Shown here piece by piece: positions 1 through 9,680 of a stretch of 20,000 nt of DNA. The notes beneath the pieces are model-generated. The model saw only the letters and a program-made list of their open reading frames with translations. It was not told the DNA's origin and ran no database searches. Within the stretch, counting starts at the first letter, position 1. Each line of letters opens with the position of its first letter. Source of the stretch: Chiloscyllium plagiosum (taxonomy: Eukaryota); contig NC_057720.1 of the NCBI RefSeq assembly GCF_004010195.1, positions 2,113,544-2,133,543 of the forward strand. The letters run 5' to 3'. The translations under genes were made by a program, and so were the position numbers.

Positions 1-44
1 CAGAAAGGACTTATTGGGGGGTGGGGGGGGTGGAGTTGAGTTAT

Positions 45-372
45 AAGAGGAGGTTGAAGGGTGACGCTGTAGTGCTTTATAAAATTATGACGTGCACAGA
101 TAAAGTGAATAGAAAGGGTCTTTTCCCTAAGGTGGGAAAGTTCAAAATGCAGCATATTTTTGAGGTGGGAGGAGAAAGATTTAAAAAGAACAGGAAAGCA
201 AAGTAATGGACGCAGGTACACTTACAGCGTTTAAAAGACATTTGGATAATGAATAGGAAAGATTTGGTGGGATATGGGCCAAACGGAGGCAGATGGGACT
301 AATTTAGTTTGGGATCATGTTGAGCATGGACTGGTTGAACTGAAGGCTCTGTTTCCATGCTCTATGACTATA
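45..372 (+). mobile_element. Degenerate CR1/HER1-type LINE 3' end
   Basis: Decayed ORF2 C-terminus (RRLKGD..LYKIM...DKV...LFP) followed by a CR1-like 3' UTR ending ...gaaggctctgtttccatgctctatgactata. Confidence 0.8.
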
Positions 373-615
373 ATTTTGATGCACAATTTAAGTTGTGTAA
401 TCGATGAGCAGATGTACAAAGCAGTCACAAGCTCAGATTGAATGGTGAAGCTTTTCAATACCTTTGAATACGTTCCTTCACAATACCAACATCTATCCTC
501 CGCCCAGTGATTGTCTAATTAACCATTTTAAATATTGACAGAGAAACATGGCCATGCATTAGCTCAACATGATGTCTGAATCTTTTTAATATTGACGTCA
601 GTGTTGTTGGGCTAG

Positions 616-756
616 GAGATGAACATGGGTCAGCGCTGTTCCGATACTAGAGGCATTGTCTTTGAAGATGTGCGAGTGCCCAAGGAGAATGTCCTCATTG
701 GCGAGGGAGCTGGCTTCAAAATTGCAATGGGAGCGTTTGACAAAACCAGACCACCG
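616..756 (+). CDS. ACADM: ACADM internal coding exon (equivalent to human exon 9), 141 bp, phase 0/0
   Basis: TAG acceptor at 613-615 and GTGAGT donor at 757. Translates to [47 protein letters not shown], nearly identical to MCAD, with the same length as the human exon. Not in the supplied ORF track. Confidence 0.96.
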
Positions 757-1092
757 GTGAGTAGGGTTTACAGCTGACTTAAATGTCTGGAATGTTGGGG
801 TGAGGCATTGGAGGATGTATGAAGTATTCTCAGACAATTAGAAGTGACGTTTTAAATGTTGAGTTGAATCTTTATTTGGAACAAAGCCACCACTTACACC
901 GTGTGAGCGTCAGAAACAAACTCTGAAACAAAGCTTGTTTTATACAGTATGGAAATCTCAATGCTCAGTGTACACACTAAAAGCTGCAGAATGCTTTTGA
1001 TGATTTTACCCACCCCACCCTTAGGCCAAATTCCATAAGATTACAAGATGCAAGAGCAGAGAGAATTCAACCATTTGATCCATCATGGATTC

Positions 1093-1392
1093 CTTACAGT
1101 GTGGAAACAGGGCCTTTGACCCAACAAGTTCACACCGATCCTCCGTCCAGACCCATTCCCCTACCCTATTATCCTATATTTGCCCTAACAAATGCACATA
1201 ACCTACACATCCCTGAACACTCTGGGCAATTTAGCCTGGCCAATTCACTTAACCTGCACATCTTTGGATTGGGGGAGGAAACCCACGCAGACATGGAGAG
1301 AATGTGCAAACTCAACACAGTCGCCCAAGACTGGAATTGAACCTGAGTCTCTGGTGCTGTGAGGCAGTGCTAACCACTGAGGCACCATGCTC
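1093..1392 (-). mobile_element. HE1-type (V-SINE) tRNA-derived shark SINE inserted in the 3' UTR of CR1 'A'
   Basis: Minus strand shows a tRNA-like head (...cagtggttagcactg..., B-box-like ggttcaattcc), the central tgcgtgggtttcctcc domain and a 3' ccctgtttccacactgtaa tail. It is homologous to 7575-7875 and 8959-9284 but more diverged. Confidence 0.88.
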
Positions 1393-2595
1393 TGCTCTGC
1401 CATTCCGTCATGGCTAATAGTGTTTCTCAACCCCTTTCCCCGGCCTTCTCCCCATAACCATCAATCCTCTTACCAATCAAAACTTGTCTATCTCTGAATT
1501 TTAATAAACTCAATTAATTGGCCTCCACAGCCTTCTCCAGCAATGAGTTCCACAGATTTCCTCACCCTCTAGCTGAAGAAATTCCTCCTTGTGTCAGTTA
1601 GAAATGTTGGTCCCTGCACTATGAAGATGTGCCTACGATTGCTAGTCTCTCCTACCGGCGGAAACATTATCTTCACATTCACTCTATCAGGCCTCTCAGT
1701 ATTCTGTAAATTTCAATCAGTTTCTCCCTCATCTTTCTAATCTCCAGGAATACAGACCCAAAGTCCTCAACAGCTCCTCACATGACAAGCCCTTCACCCC
1801 CAGGATCATTCTTGTGAACCTCCTCTAGATCCACCCAAAGCCAGCACATCCTTCCTTAGATATAGGGTCCAACACCGCTCACAATATTCCGGATACGGTC
1901 TAACCAGATTCTTATACAGCCTCAGTAGTACTTCTCTGCTCTTGTATTCTAGCCCCCTTGAAATGAATATTAACATTACATTTGCCATCCAAATTGCCAA
2001 CTGAACCTGCATGTTAACCTAAGAGAAAGCTGAACTAGGACTCCCAAGTCCCATTGTGCTACTGACTTCTGAAGCCTTTCTCTGTTTAAAATATCCTCTG
2101 TGCCTCTATCCTTTCTACCAAAGTGCATAACTGCACAAGTTTCTACATTGTATTCCATCTGCCACTTCTTTGCCCACTCTATTAGCCTGTCCGAGTCCTT
2201 CTGCTGCCTCCCTGCTTCCTCAATACTGTCTACCCCTGCACCTACCTTTGCATCTTTTGCAAATATAGCAACAATGCCCTCAGTTCCTTCATGCAGATCA
2301 TTACTGTATAATGTGAATACTTGTGGTCCCAACACTGACCCCTGCAGAACTCGACCATTCATTGCCTGCCATCTGGAAATGACCCCTTTATGCCTACTCT
2401 CTACCTTCTGCCAATCAGCCAATCTTCTGTCCATGTCTCCACACCATGGGCTCTTGTATGATTTAGCAATCTCCTGTGTGGCGTTCTGGAAATCCAAATA
2501 GATCATGTTCACTGGCTCTCCTTTGTCTAACTTGCACATTACCTCCTCAAATAATTCTAACAGATTTGTCAGGTATAACCTCTCCTTGGTGAAAC

Positions 2596-2959
2596 CATAA
2601 GACATTGGAGCAGAAATTAGGCCATTTTGATCCATTGAGTTTGCTCAGCCATTCAATCATCAACCCCATTTCTGCTGCTTTCTCCCCTTAACCCTGGATC
2701 CCCTTAATACTCAAGAACCTATCTATCTCTGTTTTAAATATACTCAATGATCTGGTCTACACAGCCTTCTGTGGTAATGAATTCCATAGATTCCCCACTC
2801 TCTGGCTGAAGACGTTTCTCCTTATTTTCATTCTAAAAGGTCTTCTCTTTGTTTTAAGACTGCGCCCTTGGGTCCTAGTCTCTCCTACCAATGGAAACAT
2901 CTTCCCTCCATCTACTCTGTCCAGCCCATTCAGTATTCTGTATGTTTCAATTAGCTTCC
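2596..2959 (-). mobile_element. Short 5'-truncated CR1 'B' (3' end only) nested in CR1 'A'
   Basis: Starts with the same tail type as A (cataagacattggagcagaaattaggccatt). It interrupts A in the SQHGF codons: gaaaccat|insert|ctgactcagcc. Confidence 0.85.
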
Positions 2960-3442
2960 CTGACTCAGCCCGGTTTTACCATTCACTTCCAAGTACTCCG
3001 CAATCTCATTCTTAATAATAGACTCTAAAATCCTACCAACGACCAAGGTCAGGCTAACAGGCCTGTAGTTTCCAGTCTTCTGCCTTCCTCCCTTCTCAAG
3101 CAGAGCATAAATCATTTCCTAGTCCTCTCGGGCCCTCCTTGACTCCAGTGATTCCTGAAAGATCACCACCAATGCTTCCACAACCTCCTCAGCTATCTCC
3201 ATCAGACCCCTCAGATATAATTATCTTGTCCAGGTGATTTATCCAACTTTAGACCTTTCAGCTTGCTGAACTCCTTTTCCCTAATGATGGCCACTGCACC
3301 CATCGCTGCCTCTTGACTCTCTCGGAATTCTGATAAGCTGTTGGTGTCTTCCACTGTGAAAACTGGTGCAAAGTACTTATTCAGTTCTTCAGCCTTTTCT
3401 TTGATCCCCATTACTAATTTTCCAGCCTCATTTTCCAGTGTT

Positions 3443-4099
3443 AGAACATAGAACATAGAAGAATACAGCGCAGTACAGGCCCTTTGGCCCTCGATGTTGC
3501 GCCGATCCAAGCCCACCTAACCTATACTAACCCACTATCCTCCATATACCTATCCAATGCCAGCTTAAATGCCCATAAAGAGGGAGAGTCCACCACTGCT
3601 ACTGGCAGGGCATTACATGAACTCACGACCCGCTGAGTGAAGAACCTACCCCTAACTTCAATCCTATATCTACCCCCCCTTAATTTAAAACTATGCCCCC
3701 TTGTAATACCCGACTCCATACGCGGGAAAAGGTTCACACTGTCAACCCTATCTAACCCCCTAATCATCTTGTACACCTCAATCAAGTCACCCCTAAACCT
3801 TCTTTTCTCTAATGAAAACAGCCCCAAGTGTCTCAGTCTTTCCTCATACGATCTTCCTTCCATACCAGGCAACATCCTGGTAAACCTCCTCTGCACCCGT
3901 TCCAGTGCCTCCACATCCTTCCAATAGTATGGCGACCAAAACTGCACACAATATTCCAGATGCGGCCGCACCAGAGTCTTATACAACTGCATCATGACCT
4001 CAGGACTCCGGAACTCAATTCCTCTACCAATAAAAGCCAGTATGCCATATGCCTTCCTCACCGCACTATTTACCTGGGTGGCAACTTTCAGAGATGTCA
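3443..4099 (-). mobile_element. Young 5'-truncated CR1 'C' nested in CR1 'A'
   Basis: (AGAACAT)n tail at 3443. Uninterrupted ORF2 C-terminal frame 3522-4100 (LYKTLVRPHLEYCVQFWSP...RRFRGDLIEVYK...TRGH...FFTQRVV). Possible TGTT target duplication at 3439-3442 and 4100-4103. Confidence 0.92.
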
Positions 4100-4889
4100 T
4101 GTTTCAATGTCCATTCTTGTCTCTCTCTTACCTTTTTAGATATCTAAAATAATTCTTGCAATCCTTTTTTTTTAATATTACTAGCTAGCTTCCTCTCCTA
4201 TTTCATCTTCCCCGCCACCTCCCTATTGTTTTTTTATTTGCCTTCTGCTGGTTTTTAAAGCATTTCCAATCCTCTGGCTTCCTGTTAATCCTCACCACAT
4301 TGTATGCTGCTCCTTTTGCTTTGAAGCTGTTCTAACTTCCATTGTCAGCTATGGTTGCCTTGTATGTTGCCCTTAATATGTTTTTTTCTTCCTTGAGATG
4401 AATTTCTGCTGTGCCTCTTGAATTACCCCAGAAACCTCTGCGTTTCCTGCTGCACTGTCTTTCCTGCTCGTCTTCCTGAAGCAAACAATTCTGGCCAGCT
4501 CCTCCCTCATGTCTTTGTGGTTGCCTTTACTCCATTATTTTATTGTAACATCCGATTCCAGCTTCTCCCTCTCAAACTGCAGGGTGAATTCGATCATAGT
4601 CTGGTCACTGCCCCCTAGTGGTTTCTTTGCCTTCAGCTCGTCATCACCTCTACCACATTGCACATTACTCTGTTTCTTTGAGGTAGAAGAGACCGCAGAT
4701 TCAGGCTCATTTAAAAGCACCTTTCCTTGTGCTCTTCTCCCTCAGATCTCCCACTTCCCGATTGCACAGAACTACCTTAAGGGACCCTAGTTTTATGGTC
4801 CAGTCGTTAGACTTAATCGGAAAATTTCTTGTACTCAGTGATGGAAAGGTAAAGTCGAATTAAAGTACAGACTGGTTCACAATGTATAA

Positions 4890-5102
<213 letters not shown>

Positions 5103-5266
5103 TAAAATGTTCATTCTCGTGTTCAGGTCTACTAATATCCTCTCTATCTCTCTAAGCCCCTCTGGATATGTACCCTCTGCTTAAGGATCTCCAGTTTCAA
5201 TTGCTGCCTTGGTACTAAGCTCTGGGATTCCATCTCTGAACCTCTGCATCTCTGCCCCCTTGCTTC

Positions 5267-5593
5267 CCAGTTTCCTCATTTCTCTCTCCCCACCTTCCAA
5301 CTTGGCACCGCCCTCTTGACCTGTCCTATCTGTCCATCTTCCTTCCCACCTATCCACTCCACCCTCCTCTCCGACCTATCACCATCAATCCCACCTCCAT
5401 CTGCCTATTGCACTCTCAGCGTACCCCCCCTTTATCTCTCTACCCCCTCGGCTCACAAGCCTCATTCCACACGAAGGACTCTTGCCCAAAACGTCGACTC
5501 TCCTGCTCCTCGGATGCTGCCTGACTTGCTGTGCTTTTTCAGTACCACACTCTCGACTCTGATCTCCAGCATCTGCAGTCCTCACTTTCTCCT
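5267..5593 (+). mobile_element. Penelope-like element 3' region fragment with a decayed hammerhead motif
   Basis: C/T-rich tract followed by cattccacacgaaggactcttgcccaaaacgtcgactctcctgctcctcggatgctgcctgac...ctccagcatctgcagtcctcactttctcc. This matches my recall of an abundant shark Penelope-type repeat (CTGATGAAGGG..CCCGAAACGTCG). Confidence 0.65.
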
Positions 5594-5596
5594 GAT

Positions 5597-5670
5597 AACA
5601 GCAGCAGATGCCCAGGAATGCCACTATGTTCAAGTTCCCTTCCAAGTCACATACCATCCTGACTTGGAAC
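5597..5670 (+). mobile_element. Short fragment of an old shark LINE (CR1/L2 group)
   Basis: gcagcagatgcccaggaatgccact...caagttcccttccaagtcacataccatcctgacttggaa resembles a common shark LINE 3' ORF segment (from recall only). Confidence 0.5.
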
Positions 5671-5954
5671 TGGGTCTGCTGAATCAAACTAGTGAAGGTC
5701 TCTCCTTGTTCTGGATAACTGTAATAGATAGAAACACATTGACTGTTTTAGTGATTAAATAAAACTTTTGTACTTTTGGTGCAGCTCATGGAATACTGGG
5801 CCTGATTACCAGCCACCACTCCTGTTGGAGTCATAGCATCAGGCATAACTGATGTAACTTCTGTAAATGTGATGAAATAAACTGGTCTCTGGTAAGGATC
5901 ACTGTAGTGGGGATACCACGACTGAGGAACTTCGATAATATGAGAGACTAAAGA

Positions 5955-6142
5955 GATTGGGGTTATTTGTCTTGGAGGAGACAAGGTGAAGAGGAGATTT
6001 AATTGAGATGTTCAAAACAATGAAGTCTTGACAGATTAAATCAGGTGAAAGTGTTTTGGGGGGTGTGGATTAATTGGATAGCTGTTTCAGCAAATCAGCA
6101 CAGGCACGATGGACAGAATGACCTCCTGTAATGCAGGATTCT
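5955..6142 (+). mobile_element. Old, internally deleted CR1 3' end
   Basis: Decayed RRLRGDLIE.FK coding stretch (aaggtgaagaggagatttaattgagatgttcaaa) and a 3' tail ggcacgatggacagaatgacctcct. Confidence 0.65.
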
Positions 6143-6224
6143 GAGGGGGCATAGTTGGGTTGGGGAAATGTAACAGTGATACCCATGCCTCAGCTGAATG
6201 TTGTTCCTCCCTCTGTGTGTACAG

Positions 6225-6473
6225 CATCAGGCAGTTTCCTTCATGCTGGCAGACATGGCCCTGAAGGTGGAATTGGCACGGTTAGGTTACCAGAGAGCGG
6301 CCTGGGAAGTAGACCAGGGACGGAGGAACACGTACTACGCCTCCATCGCGAAAGCCTTTGCGGGAGACATCGCCAATCAGGTTGCCAGTGATGCTGTCCA
6401 GATCTTTGGGGGCAATGGTTTCAACAGTGAATATCCTGTCGAGAAACTGATGAGAGATGCTAAAATCTACCAG
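6225..6473 (+). CDS. ACADM: ACADM internal coding exon (equivalent to human exon 11), 249 bp, followed by a GC donor
   Basis: Polypyrimidine tract plus CAG acceptor at 6222-6224. Translates to [83 protein letters not shown], which contains the acyl-CoA dehydrogenase QIFGGNG...EKLMRDAKI signature. Homology ends at CAG|GCAAGT. Confidence 0.96.
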
Positions 6474-6604
6474 GCAAGTAGCACAATGTCTACTTTTTTT
6501 ACATTGATTGAAATTGTACTGGTCCTTCAAACAAGAAAGAGAGATGCATTTCTGCCGTGGTTTTCACAAACTCAGTGCAAACCAAACATTTTATAGATAA
6601 GAGA

Positions 6605-6748
6605 GATTTTTCTTGTGTACTTGCTGTAACATAGGGAACACAGCAATCCAGTTTAGTGCAGCAAGCTATCCATAAGCAATAATGAGATGATGACATGATA
6701 ATGAGTTTTTTAATGCCCTCATTTGGTATGTGGATTGATAATTGGCCA
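6605..6748 (-). mobile_element. Fragment of a Deu-domain SINE (SacSINE1-like), 3' half
   Basis: Loose reverse-complement similarity to 8580-8700 of this window (tggccaat...tcaatc...atta....gcttgctg) and to the recalled SacSINE1 3' half. Confidence 0.5.
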
Positions 6749-6858
6749 CTGAAAGGTGATCGATCTGAAACATTAACTGCTTCTCTATCATCAGAAGTTG
6801 CCAGAATGATTTACAGCAGTTTTTGTCACAGTTTCAAATTTCCAGCATCCAGTATTTT
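6749..6858 (+). mobile_element. Second Penelope-like terminal fragment with a decayed hammerhead motif
   Basis: ctgaaaggtgatcgatctgaaacattaactg...cagaagttgccaga...ttccagcatcc has the same layout as 5468-5580 (CTGA..helix..GAAAC ... gatgctgcc ... tccagcatc). Confidence 0.55.
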
Positions 6859-6954
6859 ACATTAATGTTGCTAATTATCTGTTGTTTGCCCACCACTTTG
6901 TTGCAAAATTAAAGAATATAACAGTCTGTTGCCAAATCTCAGGGTAACCAAATG

Positions 6955-7290
6955 GTGTAGCACACAGGAGCTCACTTGGCCCATCATATCTGTCAGCTTC
7001 TTGAAAGAGCTATCCAATTTGCCCCATTTTCACCCACTCTTGCTCCATAGCCCTACACGTTTTCGAGTTCTAACTTCCTTTTGCAAGTTATGATTGAATT
7101 ATTTTTTCTCACCAGCCTTTCAGTGCATTCTGATCTCAAAACCTCACTGTGTAAGCAATCATTTCCGTCACCTCACCTCCAGCTCTGTGGCCATTTCCAT
7201 CAGATTTGTATCCTCTGCTCACTGACTCTGTTGCTGTTGGGAGTAGTTTGTTCTTGTTTCCCTATCTGAAGTGCTCTGATTTTGAGCACC
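6955..7290 (-). mobile_element. Highly diverged CR1 3' end
   Basis: Tail-like start (agcacacaggagctcacttggcccatc...tgaaagagctatccaatt) and a decayed FFTQR/WN region (gcattc...ctcactgtgtaag). Confidence 0.55.
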
Positions 7291-7330
7291 TGTCCCTTCA
7301 TTGCTAGTTGAGGGAGAAACACCTGTCTTG

Positions 7331-8355
7331 ATAAGAACAGAAGCAATAGGAGCAGCAGTCAGCTAGCTGGACCTCGAGCCTGGACTGCCCATCTCCTCTT
7401 GACTATCGCGTACGATCACCATGTCTCTTAATTGCTTTAGTATATCAATCCCATTGGTATTTGTCTTAAATATGTTCCAGTTGTAGTTTTCTGGGGATCA
7501 CATCTTGCAAAGATTCAGAATAAAGTGTTTCTCCTCAATGACTCGCCCAGTCTGAGACTGCGGCCCAGTTTTCTAGATTAGAAACAGGCCCTTCGGCCCC
7601 AACAAGTCCACACCGATCTGCTAAAGCGCAACCCACCCAGACCCATTCCCCTACATTTACCCATCACCTAACACTACGGGCAATTTAGCTTGGCCAATTC
7701 ACCTAACCTGTACATTTTTGGACTGTGGGAGGAAACCAGAGCACCCAGAGGAAACCCACGCAGACACGGGGAGAGTGTGTAAACTCCACACAGTCAGTCG
7801 CCTGAAGCGGGAATTGAACCTGGGTCTCTGGCGCTGTGAGGCAGCAGTGCTAACCACTGTGCCACCGTGCTGCCCAATCAGGAAGCATCTTGCCAGCATC
7901 CACCCTGTCAAGTCCCTTCGCCATTTCAATCAGATTACCTCCCATTCTTCATGATTTCAGGATTACAGATGTTGCCTGTCCAGTCTCTGCACAGACGATC
8001 CATACGCCCCAAGAAGCAGTCCAATAAAACCTTAGCTCACTCCTCCTTAAGGCAAGATATCCTTTGTTGAGTAAGAAAACCCAAAGCCCAAACACTGTAC
8101 TGCATTTGTTCAGTCACTAAAGCCCTTAAAAGTATTTATAAGACATATTTACTCTTGTATTCCAATCCCAATGTGATAAAGGTTCGCATACCATTTGCCT
8201 TTCTAATTTCTAGTACTTTCATGTTAACTTTGAGTCTACATTTCAAGAACACCTAGTCCCCTCTGTATGCCAACATATACTAATCTCTGTGCTGAAAATA
8301 AAATTCTGTTTCTCCATCGTTTTTTTTTCCTGCGATATTTTCCCACATCATGTTC
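7331..8355 (-). mobile_element. Old CR1 3' portion interrupted by an HE1-type SINE
   Basis: Tail ataagaacagaagcaataggagcagcagt; decayed CR1 ORF2 end on both sides of the SINE (tcaatcagattacctcc = RGNLIE; ccatttgcctttct = RKANG). Confidence 0.65.
7575..7875 (-). mobile_element. HE1-type (V-SINE) tRNA-derived shark SINE, near full length
   Basis: Minus strand reads gggcagcacggtggcacagtggttagcactgc (A box), ccaggttcaattccc (B box), central domain, ggccgaagggcctgtttc and a short ctaatct tail. About 16 nt are deleted before the tail compared with 8959-9284. Confidence 0.93.
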
Positions 8356-8361
8356 TGTTCT

Positions 8362-8735
8362 AGCTATGGTTCAGTTTGTTGCACCCTCATTGCTGAGCCA
8401 TAAGGTTCTAAGTTGAAGGCCCATGAAAGAACTTGAGGGCAAAAAAATCAAGACTGTCGGTCTAATACACTACTGAGGGAGTGCTCCATTGTCAAAGGTG
8501 CTGTCTTTCAGATCAGGTGTTAACTGAGAGCCAGTCTGCTCCATCTGATTCCTTGGCACAACTTCTTTATCCCAGCCTACCTGGCCAATATTTACCCCTC
8601 AATCAGCATCACGCATGTTATTTGATTACTGTAACTTGACTGTTTGTCAGAGCTTGCTGTATGTGTGTGTTGGTGATTGCAGATCCAACATTCTAACAGT
8701 GTGCCATTGGCTGGGAAGTGTTTTGAGATTTCAGA
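8362..8735 (+). mobile_element. Ancient Deu-domain SINE (SacSINE1/AmnSINE1-related), diverged but nearly full length
   Basis: tRNA-like head (gctatggttcagtttgttgcac...agttgaaggccc), tactgagggagtgct, Deu-like core gtctttcagatcaggtgttaactgag, cctggccaatatttacccctcaatcagcatcac, and tail cattggctgggaagtgttttgaga. Confidence 0.72.
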
Positions 8736-8958
8736 AAACATTACAATGCCACAGTAGTAACATACTCCTGTTCACTGCCCACACTTGAATGCTGCCCATA
8801 GCACCTTGCAGACAGCGCCATCACTCTCACAGGCAGCCCACATCGTGTACCTATTGGATGAGGCTTCTGCACCATTGCACAGGGGATTCCTTAAGCTGGC
8901 TGACTCACAGTCAGATCTTCATGTCCCTAATTTCTAAGCAGGCTTGTGCTGCTACGAA

Positions 8959-9284
8959 AGATTAGATTAGATTAGATTAGATTACTTACAGTGTGGAAAC
9001 AGGCCCTTCGGCCCAACAAGCCCACACCGACCCGCTGAAGCGCAACCCACCCAGACCCATTCCCCTACATTTACCTCTTTACCTAACACTACGGGCAATA
9101 TAGCTTGGCCAATTCACCTAACCTGTACCTGGATTGTGGGAGGAAACCGGAGCGCCCGGAGGAAACCCACGCAGACACGGGGAGAATGTGCAAACTCCAC
9201 ACAGAGTCGCCAGAGGCGGGAATTGAACCCGGGTCTCTGGCACTGCAAGGCAACAGTACTAACCACTGTGCCACCGTGCCGCCT
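8959..9284 (-). mobile_element. HE1-type (V-SINE) tRNA-derived shark SINE, full length with (TAATC)n tail
   Basis: About five AGATT units at 8959-8983. Minus strand starts ggcggcacggtggcacagtggttag, with B box gggttcaattccc. Highly similar to 7575-7875. Confidence 0.95.
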
Positions 9285-9383
9285 CTAACCTTCAGGTGAA
9301 AGGGTTCAGGTGACACAGCCTTCGCTGTGATATCTGCTTCTCAAGATCCCAGCTCAACAACACAAAGCTGAACTTACAAACTG

Positions 9384-9680
9384 AAGAATTTGGAGCAGGA
9401 GTAGGCCATTTGGCCCCTTCAGCCTTCTCCATTCAGTAACACGATGGCTGATTGAATTGTGGCCTCAACAACACTTTGCTGCCTTTCCCGGATACTCCTT
9501 TGTTAGTCAAGAATCTATCCACCTCTGCCTCAAAACTCTTCAACTACTCCATTTCCTTTGGGGCAAGCAAGTTCCACAAACCAGTGACATTCTTTGAGAA
9601 ATAAGTAACCTCTTCATGTCTGCCTAAAATAGATGACAGCAGACCTTTAAACTGATTCCTCTATTTCTAATCTTTCCCAC
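9384..9680 (-). mobile_element. Old CR1 3' end fragment
   Basis: aagaatttggagcaggagtaggccatttggcccctt...gatggctgat tail, the same type as at 10899-10960; remainder decayed. Confidence 0.7.

Larger units (their letters stand above)
1034..4660 (-). mobile_element. Degenerate CR1 LINE 'A' (ORF2 from the end of the endonuclease through RT to the 3' tail), split into four pieces by nested insertions
   Basis: Segments at about 1034-1086, 1393-2598, 2960-3442 and 4100-4660. Motifs PLGGSDQTMIEF (EN end), DKSPGQD, LTNLLELFEEV, YLDFQ, QGSVLGP, FAKDAK (decayed FADD), WAKKWQMEYN and LYKNLVRP occur in colinear order, with many stops and frameshifts. Confidence 0.9.

Noticed and set aside
16..33. G-rich run (G6-T-G8-T-GG), possible G-quadruplex
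   Set aside because: Short low-complexity tract beside a decayed CR1, with no evidence of function.
593..600. Perfect CRE palindrome TGACGTCA
   Set aside because: A single 8-mer is plausible by chance in 20 kb. It sits in a splice-acceptor region far from the promoter.
598..837. Minus-strand 79-aa ORF (and 6282-6530, 2100-2501, 12515-13021 and similar)
   Set aside because: Shadow frames antisense to ACADM exons or CR1 ORF2, with no independent support.
5130..5255. Possible L2-like LINE 3' fragment (taagctctgggattccatctctgaacctct)
   Set aside because: Too short and diverged to call without a database search.
6225..6230. In-frame alternative acceptor CAG 6 nt inside exon 11
   Set aside because: It would delete the conserved HQ, and the first AG has a good pyrimidine tract. 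No evidence of use.
6198..6596. 132-aa ORF as a stand-alone gene
   Set aside because: It is ACADM exon 11 plus intronic flanks.
8959..8984. (AGATT)n and (AGAACAT)n short tandem repeats as CRISPR-like or telomere-like arrays
   Set aside because: They are retroposon 3' tails with no spacers, in a eukaryotic context.
9215..9284. tRNA-like sequence with A and B boxes (also about 7805-7875 and 1330-1392)
   Set aside because: These are SINE heads continuous with the SINE body and tail, not tRNA genes.
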